In this document: positions 12,339 to 20,155 of the stretch, in pieces
Position numbering within the stretch: position 1 is the stretch's first letter
Layout: every line of letters begins with the position of its first letter
Assembly (NCBI GenBank): GCA_038064875.1
Contig: JBBTSC010000001.1
Coordinates: forward strand, 379,004 to 443,003
Length of the DNA stretch: 64,000 nt
Source of the DNA: Patescibacteria group bacterium
Lineage (GTDB): Bacteria; Patescibacteriota; Saccharimonadia; Saccharimonadales; 2-12-FULL-41-12
Reading direction: 5' to 3'
Made by a program: the position numbers and the translations under genes
The notes under the pieces: generated by a model
What the model saw: only the letters and a program-made list of their open reading frames with translations
The model's database searches: none
What the model was told of the DNA's origin: nothing

Positions 12339-14153
12339 TCAATCAATCCATTCGGCTTTTATTTTCCAGTCTTTGCCACTCATTAGTTGAATATGAGTGA
12401 CTATCATCATACTAGTAGGGTTGTCCATGCTGGATGACATGGCGTGCCTTCCTGACCAAGTAGGTCGCTTCTCTCCGGCAGGTATTTGCAAGGCAACCCT
12501 GGTTATAAATGCTTTTGAAATTTGCTGGAGGTCATATAATTTGCGTTGAACTTTCGCATATTCTTCTGGATGCCATTCAGAATAAACTTCGTGGACTAGT
12601 TTTCCTCTTACATCCCATATGCCTTCATCTTTCTGGAAATAATCATTCAACACAGGATTTCCTTGTCCGAATACTGACGTGAGTGCCTGCTCAAGATAGT
12701 GTTTTATAGGAACAATGCCTTCAAAGTATGATTCCTTGATCATCTTTTCGATATCTGTTGAGTAGTAGGCCGCATAGTAATTATCAAACACAGCCTTAAT
12801 ACGCTTCTTACGTTCAGGCCTTGACTCCTTAGCTAATCCATAGAAGGCGCTAGCCTTTAGCTTGTCCTGGGCCAACTTTGCAGCTAATCCTTCTATTGAA
12901 ATATGGTAGCAGAGGAAGGCGTTGAGAGGATTTTGAATAGTATTGCCTAAGTTATACCAGTTAATCGCAGCATCGATTGCCAAATCTTTCTCTTTGTTTG
13001 AGTTTGCTATAAGCTGATTCAGAAACTTCAAGTCTTTCTCATTCGGTTGCGCAGACCCGCGCGTGTGGTTGTACATACCATACTTAAGGCGCCACCGAAT
13101 CTCCTTATCAAATGCAAAACCCAAGCTTTCCATTGATCTCTGAATGGACTCAATACCAATACGCACACCCTCTACAGAAGTGTCTTTAAGTCTTAGTGTG
13201 CCGTCATAAATATACTCATTTGCCAATTGAGTTTCATCACCTACGCGCAGTAGGTGAATGCCTCCTTCGATTTCAGTTTCTTTTTCAGGAAGATTAATTG
13301 CAGTTCGAGCAGCAAACTCGATAACAGGATAGCCTGTAGCCAGCATGTAGAAGAAAACGTTTTGAATGCGCTCGTCCTCACTTTTCTCTTTGGCCTCTTT
13401 TTGTATAAGATCCGAGCTTCCCTTATATTCCAGAGGTTTCCATTCTTCCGGATCATTGTATCTGCCAGGGAGTCCAACTTCGTATAACCATTTACCTTCC
13501 ATTCGCCATGCTTTGATAAGGCCGTCGTTGTCGCCAACCATAAAACCAATTCCATTATTATCGGGAATAATATTAAATCCCTCAGTTCCCGCGTTTGTAC
13601 GCTTGAACGATGCCTTAGTATCGTTAGAAAAATAAACGTTAAAGCCGTTCAAACCGTCCTTAGATGCAAGGATTTCAAAAACCTCAAACATACCTTGATT
13701 GACGTTGATAGGGAAAATTGTATGATTACTGCCAGTAAATTCCTTCAAAGCACCGTGATAGTGTTCAAGGAATCTTGCAATAAAGCTCATCAATTTTACG
13801 GTCTCACCACTATCACTAAGCTTTTTGATTTCCTGACCTACACTACCCGTAACGTGCAGGTTAAGCGCTGCCTCCCTGAAACTTCCGTCCTTTTGAGCAA
13901 GAGGTGGAAAGGGCATATAGTGTACCTTGCGTTGCAGTCTGGATAAGTTAGTTAGAAGCACCCATAGGTCCTCGCAGCTATCAATATCAGCCTCACTCGC
14001 TTTGCCTGATTTTAAGTTTCGCGCAAGCTCCTTCAGAGGTTCACTTTTATAAGACTCAATACCCCTAACCCTCAATAGCGTAAAAACATAATCAAGAGGG
14101 TAATTTGAGGCATCTCTAAATAGCTCGAGGATTAGCTCATCGGTTTTAGTCAT
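12339..14153 (-). CDS. Hypothetical protein with C-terminal HEPN-type Rx4H motif (third gene of candidate defence operon)
   Basis: 604-aa ORF whose start overlaps the upstream stop by 8 nt (ATGACTAA). The C-terminal helical region contains WDV-R516-GKLV-H521-EV (nt 12591-12608). I recognise no other family. Confidence 0.45.
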   Translation of the reverse strand: MTKTDELILELFRDASNYPLDYVFTLLRVRGIESYKSEPLKELARNLKSGKASEADIDSCEDLWVLLTNLSRLQRKVHYMPFPPLAQKDGSFREAALNLHVTGSVGQEIKKLSDSGETVKLMSFIARFLEHYHGALKEFTGSNHTIFPINVNQGMFEVFEILASKDGLNGFNVYFSNDTKASFKRTNAGTEGFNIIPDNNGIGFMVGDNDGLIKAWRMEGKWLYEVGLPGRYNDPEEWKPLEYKGSSDLIQKEAKEKSEDERIQNVFFYMLATGYPVIEFAARTAINLPEKETEIEGGIHLLRVGDETQLANEYIYDGTLRLKDTSVEGVRIGIESIQRSMESLGFAFDKEIRWRLKYGMYNHTRGSAQPNEKDLKFLNQLIANSNKEKDLAIDAAINWYNLGNTIQNPLNAFLCYHISIEGLAAKLAQDKLKASAFYGLAKESRPERKKRIKAVFDNYYAAYYSTDIEKMIKESYFEGIVPIKHYLEQALTSVFGQGNPVLNDYFQKDEGIWDVRGKLVHEVYSEWHPEEYAKVQRKLYDLQQISKAFITRVALQIPAGEKRPTWSGRHAMSSSMDNPTSMMIVTHIQLMSGKDWKIKAEWID

Positions 14154-16839
14154 AAAAGCCTATCCTTTTTAGATCATCACGCAGCCACTCGTATACCAGC
14201 TCAGTGACAGGACTAATGTGAAAGACATCCATTAGAGAGGCTTGGTGATGAGTACTGCTAATCCACTGCTGAGCATTTGGCCGTAACTGTCGGATAAGTT
14301 GATAGTTTTTTTCAAGATCTTCTCTCAAAGATGCGTGATCTAGCTTCTCGTCTCTTATCCGAATATCAACCTTATTCACACCATTACTAAGTGGCTCAAA
14401 ATGCCAACTTAAAACTGGTCTTGGACCCGGTTGTAGATAGCCCTTTAGTATCGCAGGAAACGTAACATAGGTTTGAAAACGATACTTCATACTCGGAAAG
14501 TACCGATCCACTATTTCTGTATATGCTTGGATGGCATTTTCGTACACAGCTATAGTTCTCTCAAGCTGGCGTTCGTCTGTATAAAGATTCGAGATTAGTC
14601 CTCCCGAAAAATCACGGTCTGGTTCAGGCCACGGGGATGCGAGTTCCACTAAGCCTAGTTTTTTCATACGAAGGGTATGTTGACGCAAAAGTTTCAGATC
14701 AAGGATCTTGCCATCGTTAAGAAGCGCTGCATTGGGTGTCATTCTATTTAATCGCTGTTCGATATCTTCTAATTTGAATGGGCCTGGATGCAAAGAACCG
14801 ACACCCATCACGGCGTGAGCTTCCACCCATACGCATTCGTCGTGAATGGGTCCGGCCTCAAGCATAAAGCGTCTTTTTTCTACGAGCCGTTTTAGTTCAC
14901 CGGAAAGCTCGCTATGTGCCCATTTCCACGCCCATGCTGGATCCGTGGTTGGTCTGTTCCAATGAGCGTGGCCCCAGTCAGATTTATGAAACGCATGCAC
15001 GTCGTATGGTATATCCTCGACGTCGTTTGCTAAATCATTCTGCGGTCTCCAAAGGACTAGCAACCCTTCACCATCGGAGCGAACTCCAAATTGATGCGGT
15101 CGACCATCTTCGCGAGAAATGCTCATTAAACCTGCCAAAGGACCCACTCCCTTTAATAATGCAACGAGAGCCTGTCTTATATGGCCACCCAATTCTTTTG
15201 CTGGCGGAGATGATACGGGTTCGCCAGGCATAGCGTATTCACGAAGTGACTCGTCGAGTATTTCACTCGTAAAACCAACATCTTTCTCCGCTAATATCTC
15301 TATCAACCTGCAGGATCCGTTCCAATCAACCTCGCCCAGGGCAATAATAAATGCGTAACGCCATAGATCGAGTCGCTCAACATCACCGGTAAGCTCTGAT
15401 ACGTTTACCTCTTCTCTCATCAAGCTCTCTGCAGCGAACCACTGTGTTAAAATCGCGGTCGAGAAAGATAGCATTCTTTCATTTTTGACTACGAGCCCCG
15501 TCTTCAGTAGGTCGTCTAGATTTGAACCTAAGTCAAGCTCGGCAATCGGCACAGGATTATCACGTCGATCGGTCGAGAGAGTTGCAAGTTTTCTGAGTAT
15601 AAATTGAACTTCTTCACTCTTTTCCGGTAGTGAGCCGCTAATAAGAAAACGAAGAAGTTCACCTTTAGACTGGGGAAGTTGCCGTGAGTCATTATCGCGC
15701 AAACGTATCCCAAGGATGATAGCCCAAAATGGTCGCTTTATGGCGTCTTTTATCGACGGCGGCCAGTCATATCCTTTCACTTCTTTATGTGCAATTTTTC
15801 TAACTAAGGCCAAGGAATCATCTTCCGCTAGTGGACCTAGTATCGAAACTTCTTCTTTCTGAAGCCGGTTCAAGATCGGCCTTGAAGTAATGACTATATA
15901 GATGTTAGGCCAGGTGTTCGTCACTAGTCGCGCACTCTCTAGTAAGTTGTTAGCCGTACCGGCACCGGCCTCATCTGCTCCATTTATTACTACAAACGCA
16001 CCCTGACGCTGTAGGTCACCTAATCCATTCGCTTTCTTTTGAATGACACCATAAAGGTCTGCGTCACCAACTACACTTGCCTCAAGCCAGATAGGCACAG
16101 GGGCATCTCGGTCCGTGATTGATTTTGCAATTGCTTGCTGCATCATCCTTTCAGCAGTTAACGACTTTCCGGACCCCATCTCGCCGACTATAACGACCAA
16201 AGGTCGATCAATTGTCGGTAGAATCGTATCACTCGGAAAACCAACTGACATATCGTCCGCGAGTCCAATAGCTTCAGACTTAGATAAACCAGCGGCCTGC
16301 CACCTAACCATAGCCCTCGCCCTCGACTCCTTGCCGAGGGTATCTAGCAGTACTGGACGACTGGCCGATGGGCTCGCTGATCTCCACGCTCGTGCCGTCT
16401 CATCGCCAAAACTTAAAGCAATAGTACTACGTAAATCCTCAAAGCTGGTTTTGAAGTATTTTGCTCTTAACCCGATTTCAGAGATAAGATCATTTGTTGG
16501 TTTGTCCGGCGCCGCCGCCTTCATACGCAATACTATAAGCCTGCGATTGTTTGCAAGTGCCTCGCGGATTTCATTTATAACAGGCTGTGTTGTTTTACTG
16601 CCTACAAGCCAAAGGACGGAATCTGCCTCGCGTACATGCCGGAGGTAATTTTCATCAGTCGCCTCTGCGCTAGCTGGTGTGTATTCAAAAGTCCACGGCC
16701 ACATGTACTTTGCGTCACTTAGGGCCATGTGCGCTTCTTTGCGCCAAGGCCCCATCTCCTTATCCATTACACTCGAAATAAATACTCTCAGGGGCTGTTC
16801 TGCAGGATAGATGATGGGTTCTTTGTTACCTTTGTTCAT
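14146..16839 (-). CDS. STAND NTPase: DUF4062-like N-terminal domain, NACHT module and a large uncharacterised C-terminal region
   Basis: 897 aa. The N-terminus RVFISSVMDKEMGPWRKEA...EADSVLWLVG is DUF4062-like. Walker A is GEMGSGKS (aa 219-226, nt 16162-16185) and Walker B-like is FVVINGADE (aa 282-290). IVITSRP (aa 315-321) is a NACHT signature. The C-terminal region is Trp-rich, e.g. DWGHAHWNRPTTDPAWAWKWAH. Confidence 0.7.
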   Translation of the reverse strand: MNKGNKEPIIYPAEQPLRVFISSVMDKEMGPWRKEAHMALSDAKYMWPWTFEYTPASAEATDENYLRHVREADSVLWLVGSKTTQPVINEIREALANNRRLIVLRMKAAAPDKPTNDLISEIGLRAKYFKTSFEDLRSTIALSFGDETARAWRSASPSASRPVLLDTLGKESRARAMVRWQAAGLSKSEAIGLADDMSVGFPSDTILPTIDRPLVVIVGEMGSGKSLTAERMMQQAIAKSITDRDAPVPIWLEASVVGDADLYGVIQKKANGLGDLQRQGAFVVINGADEAGAGTANNLLESARLVTNTWPNIYIVITSRPILNRLQKEEVSILGPLAEDDSLALVRKIAHKEVKGYDWPPSIKDAIKRPFWAIILGIRLRDNDSRQLPQSKGELLRFLISGSLPEKSEEVQFILRKLATLSTDRRDNPVPIAELDLGSNLDDLLKTGLVVKNERMLSFSTAILTQWFAAESLMREEVNVSELTGDVERLDLWRYAFIIALGEVDWNGSCRLIEILAEKDVGFTSEILDESLREYAMPGEPVSSPPAKELGGHIRQALVALLKGVGPLAGLMSISREDGRPHQFGVRSDGEGLLVLWRPQNDLANDVEDIPYDVHAFHKSDWGHAHWNRPTTDPAWAWKWAHSELSGELKRLVEKRRFMLEAGPIHDECVWVEAHAVMGVGSLHPGPFKLEDIEQRLNRMTPNAALLNDGKILDLKLLRQHTLRMKKLGLVELASPWPEPDRDFSGGLISNLYTDERQLERTIAVYENAIQAYTEIVDRYFPSMKYRFQTYVTFPAILKGYLQPGPRPVLSWHFEPLSNGVNKVDIRIRDEKLDHASLREDLEKNYQLIRQLRPNAQQWISSTHHQASLMDVFHISPVTELVYEWLRDDLKRIGFYD

Positions 16840-16840
16840 A

Positions 16841-19003
16841 TCATTTTCTACCTTTTCTTCTATTTTTTCTGGCGGCTTTCTTTTTTGCTTTCTCTTTCTT
16901 GGATTTAGTTAGCGACACTTTTTGCGCTACTATCTTTTTCTTACGGTTGCCCCCGTTCTGTTCATGCTGATTTACTAACTTGTCCATAGATTCTGATGGC
17001 TCCCAGGGCTTATTGCTATAAAGCGCATAGCTAACGAGTCGTTCTTCTCCAGGAACTGTACCCAAGGCTAACCATTGCTCGCTTTTTGATCTGTGCTTGT
17101 TGATTTCTGACAACGCAAGCATTGCTTTATGTAACTCAGGGTAGGTTGGTGCGCAAACATATGTTAGACCGCCCCATCGTTCGCCAAGCGCTACAGACAT
17201 ATCATTGGTTTTACCAGTCGTCCGCACACTCTGCTTAATACGCTCCATGTGCCCACCGATTTCCTCAAGATCATCATCTGAGATGCCGTAGAGAAACATT
17301 ACTATATCGGTGATGTCGGGCGATGGGTGCGACGATACCTCTTTGATAATTCTTGCGCGTGTAGGATTATCCTCGTCGCTTATTAAGCGATGTTCTTCGG
17401 GTGGCTCAGGGAGACGACCTTTTCTGTGCAAGAAGTCAGCATCGATAAGCTGTCCGAAATCTTGGGTAACAAGAACCTTATCCTTCCCTTGTGGCATAAT
17501 GAGACGCTTCCGTAGGTGATAGCCAAGATATGCCATTTCACTTTCGGCTTTCAAGCTCTCGATCGTATCGAGTCGTTGTTTGACGTAAAACAGGAATTCA
17601 AAAGGATTCTTTAGATACTCGGCCGTCGTAGCCAGGTCAAATAGGCTTATCGGTAAACAATAAGGACCGTCGTCAGTTCGAATTAGGTATTGGCTAGCCT
17701 GGTGAAGTGCCGCAGGGTATACGTCAGCTGTCACACAAACGATGTACGCATCGTCAAGACCGTTTGGTAAAGTGATCTCTTCACCGGCTTCGTTCACTAG
17801 TTTATATTCTTCATCGCCAAGCAGAGTGGTGCGGATTGTAACTGCCTCATCGTAAGACTTCTGGATAGCGTTCTCGAAGTCGCGTTTAAGGGTCTCTGTA
17901 TCACCACGACGTGAAAGCTCAGTGAGCTTCTTGCCTTTACATTGAAATATAATCGCCTTATTACCGACAATTACCATGACGTCTATATCAGTCAGGGTGC
18001 TATTGCCTTTGTTGACCTTGACTCGCTTATAGACCTTGTCGCCAAAGGTGCCTGTCAATATGTTGTGGGTGATATCTTCAACCGCATCGCCACGATGTTT
18101 AGCTACTTTGTCTTTGTATGCTGGGTCTGTAATCATGCCATAAAAAGGGTTCAGGTAAATTGCTTCAGCAAGGTTTAGGTTTATTGGCATGAAATAGTAA
18201 TCGTCGGCAACCTCAATCAACGGGTGCGAGTTAATAACGTTGTACTCACCAGGAGTGCTGAACGCCTGATTGTCATTGCCTGGTTTTGCACCGAATAACT
18301 CTAAAAATCTAGTGGCAGATGCGTCATTTATGTCTTCGTCATTAGGTTGGAATTTCTTTGCGGCATCAATGAGCTGATCTTTGCTGAAAGCCATTATCTC
18401 AATTGGCGCTAAGGCCTGATCCTTGTCGATCTGTCCTATAGTCGCCTTAGCCAAAATGTAGTTGTATGCAGCCCAGTAGTATTTTCCCGCCGTTTTCAAG
18501 TCCATGAAGTTGGCATCTAGCCAAGTTTCATCTTCAGCGTAAAGCTCAGGTGCTGTGTCGATAAACTGAAAATCATACGCTCCTGAGTCACCATAAAATA
18601 TCGGCTCAACCATACTTGAGCCTTGCGAGTGTGCCGTTTTTAGCTTTGTCTCAATTTCTTCAGGACTAAGCCCCTGGAATTCTCGTGGTTCAAGATTCTC
18701 AAACATTTTAAGTGACTGGAGATTGTGAAGCTCGTCTAGCAACTTACGTACCTCGATAACACTTGCATCGATTTGCTTCTGGGTAAGCGAGGTGTCGTCA
18801 AGAACTGGCTTCTTAACCATATAGCCGGCCAATAACGTTGCTTCTTGATTTGATACACGCGATCGCCAATCTACTTCAACGGCCTCTTCGACTGCATAGA
18901 ACATGTCGCTAACCATGATATCGGCGAGTACACGTAGAAATCCCGGCTGTTGCGCCAGTTTTTCGAGTTTCGATAGTATTTTACGGGATTTTTCATCATC
19001 CAT
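16841..19003 (-). CDS. NERD / PD-(D/E)xK nuclease-like protein with Lys/Arg-rich C-terminal tail (first gene of candidate defence operon)
   Basis: 720 aa. Residues 304-358 read RGDAVEDITHNILTGTFGDKVYKRVKVNKGNSTLTDIDVMVIVGNKAIIFQCKGK, giving E309, D339/D341 and Q354-x-K356 with NERD-like spacing. The tail is RKKKIVAQKVSLTKSKKEKAKKKAARKNRRKGRK. The stop lies 1 nt from the next ATG. Confidence 0.55.
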   Translation of the reverse strand: MDDEKSRKILSKLEKLAQQPGFLRVLADIMVSDMFYAVEEAVEVDWRSRVSNQEATLLAGYMVKKPVLDDTSLTQKQIDASVIEVRKLLDELHNLQSLKMFENLEPREFQGLSPEEIETKLKTAHSQGSSMVEPIFYGDSGAYDFQFIDTAPELYAEDETWLDANFMDLKTAGKYYWAAYNYILAKATIGQIDKDQALAPIEIMAFSKDQLIDAAKKFQPNDEDINDASATRFLELFGAKPGNDNQAFSTPGEYNVINSHPLIEVADDYYFMPINLNLAEAIYLNPFYGMITDPAYKDKVAKHRGDAVEDITHNILTGTFGDKVYKRVKVNKGNSTLTDIDVMVIVGNKAIIFQCKGKKLTELSRRGDTETLKRDFENAIQKSYDEAVTIRTTLLGDEEYKLVNEAGEEITLPNGLDDAYIVCVTADVYPAALHQASQYLIRTDDGPYCLPISLFDLATTAEYLKNPFEFLFYVKQRLDTIESLKAESEMAYLGYHLRKRLIMPQGKDKVLVTQDFGQLIDADFLHRKGRLPEPPEEHRLISDEDNPTRARIIKEVSSHPSPDITDIVMFLYGISDDDLEEIGGHMERIKQSVRTTGKTNDMSVALGERWGGLTYVCAPTYPELHKAMLALSEINKHRSKSEQWLALGTVPGEERLVSYALYSNKPWEPSESMDKLVNQHEQNGGNRKKKIVAQKVSLTKSKKEKAKKKAARKNRRKGRK

Positions 19004-19038
19004 ACTCTCAATAATAGCCCTTACGCACCGCTAAACAT

Positions 19039-19073
19039 ACCGTTTACGCTTGTACTGTTTAAGCGTAAACGGT
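19039..19073. repeat. Perfect 13-bp inverted repeat with 9-nt spacer
   Basis: ACCGTTTACGCTT (19039-19051), gtactgttt, AAGCGTAAACGGT (19061-19073). It lies 36-70 nt upstream of the defence-operon start codon. Confidence 0.9.
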
Positions 19074-19081
19074 TGGCTTGA

Positions 19082-19107
19082 CCAGAACGTCGCCAGAACG
19101 TCACCAG
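19082..19107 (+). repeat. Tandem 11-bp direct repeat (2.4 copies) containing AGAACG
   Basis: CCAGAACGTCG CCAGAACGTCA CCAG, read directly from the sequence. Confidence 0.9.
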
Positions 19108-19212
19108 TTTGGGGTGGGTAAAGCGCCGGTAAAACGTAGGCAATTTTGACTCGTTTTCTAAGAACCTAAAGAGTTAATTGGGTGGACGGAGCTTAGGCGA
19201 AAGTTAGTCGAT

Positions 19213-19255
19213 TATTAGCCGGCTAATATGCAGTCAGAACGCGGGTAGAACGCGG
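19213..19255. promoter_or_regulatory. 16-bp palindrome followed by a second AGAACG tandem pair (operator-like or recombinase-binding-like sites)
   Basis: TATTAGCCGGCTAATA (19213-19228) is a perfect palindrome. AGAACGCGG gt AGAACGCGG follows at 19236-19255. Function is inferred only. Confidence 0.4.
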
Positions 19256-19418
19256 TCGATTCTGTGTCTATTTATAGCTCCAACATCTATCGACAAGGTG
19301 GTATGATGGAATAGTCTAGGATTCAAACAATTAGTTAACGTGACCCCGTCGCGTAGTTGTGCCATAAAATGGGCAGCTACGTAAAAAAGAATAGGCATAA
19401 CTGCTTGTTTGGGTCCTA

Positions 19419-19448
19419 GACAGTCCAGCGTGGCTGTCCTTTTTATTT
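19419..19448 (+). terminator. Rho-independent-terminator-like hairpin plus T-tract inside the divergent intergenic region
   Basis: GACAGTC cagcgt GGCTGTC forms a 7-bp stem with one G:U. CTTTTTATTT follows. No annotated plus-strand gene lies upstream, so it may end a small RNA or act as a leader attenuator. Confidence 0.35.
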
Positions 19449-19485
19449 GGAAGCCACGGATCATCAACCTGAACAAGGAGAAGCC

Positions 19486-20103
19486 ATGGCTACCAAACAA
19501 AAAGAGTGGAAAGATATGTCAAAAGTTGAAAAGACGATGACTGTCCTCATCCTACCGATTATCCTAATAGTTATTATTGCAGTCGCGTCAGCAATATTCG
19601 GCGGCGACAAGAAGACTGACGAACAGTTATCTAAAGCCGATACTAGCGAAACAGAAACTGCGCAACCCGCTCCTAAATTCGATACGTACCTAAATCGCCC
19701 TATGAGCGAAGTTGCGTCGGAATTTGGCCAGACCTACGATCCGGCTAACAGTACGCAGATACGGGCCGACAAAGCCGGATACAAGCTATTCTTTGAGGAT
19801 GGTGGGCGCGATGATCCGACCAACCCACTTAAGAAGCAAAATACGGGCCAAGTAACGACTGTTAACATGGATTTGCCACAGATGGGTAAATGCAAACAGG
19901 ACCAGGTATTGGATAAAGTCGATGATGCCATGCGAGCTGCCGGTCTCAATCCAGACATGAAGGGCGACAAAAGCGGCACACAGGAAGGTTACGCGACCTA
20001 CAAAAACTACTTAGATAAAGAGAGCCTGGAGCTGACCTTGTTTTGTGAGTACAACGACGCGAACTACAAGCTGCAGATACGTGTACTCCCTGAATTTAGA
20101 TAG
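19486..20103 (+). CDS. Hypothetical N-terminally anchored exported protein (island cargo)
   Basis: I prefer the in-frame ATG at 19486, preceded by AAGGAG, over the track start at 19447. TM helix is MTVLILPIILIVIIAVASAIFGG. No known motif. Confidence 0.5.
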   Translation: MATKQKEWKDMSKVEKTMTVLILPIILIVIIAVASAIFGGDKKTDEQLSKADTSETETAQPAPKFDTYLNRPMSEVASEFGQTYDPANSTQIRADKAGYKLFFEDGGRDDPTNPLKKQNTGQVTTVNMDLPQMGKCKQDQVLDKVDDAMRAAGLNPDMKGDKSGTQEGYATYKNYLDKESLELTLFCEYNDANYKLQIRVLPEFR

Positions 20104-20155
20104 CATACCGTTCGCGCTTTAGTCGTCTTCACTCCTGTGGGATAATCAGAGTAGT

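Noticed and set aside
16115-16648. 177-aa plus-strand ORF inside the NACHT gene. Similar long antisense ORFs occur at 44982-45521, 30437-30847, 7388-7765, 2466-2777 and 13241-13555.
   Set aside because: They lie entirely within, and antisense to or out of frame with, much longer ORFs that carry clear family motifs. Their products are low-complexity (Ser/Pro/Leu-rich) and show no RBS. These are shadow ORFs.
19082-19255. CRISPR array.
   Set aside because: The repeats are only 9-11 bp, with 2-2.4 copies and no spacers of CRISPR size. No cas genes are present. No CRISPR-like array was seen elsewhere in the window.
19234-19500. 88-aa minus-strand ORF in the divergent control region.
   Set aside because: It covers the palindrome, the repeats and the start of the opposite-strand gene. 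It has no RBS and is more likely regulatory DNA or RNA than coding sequence.
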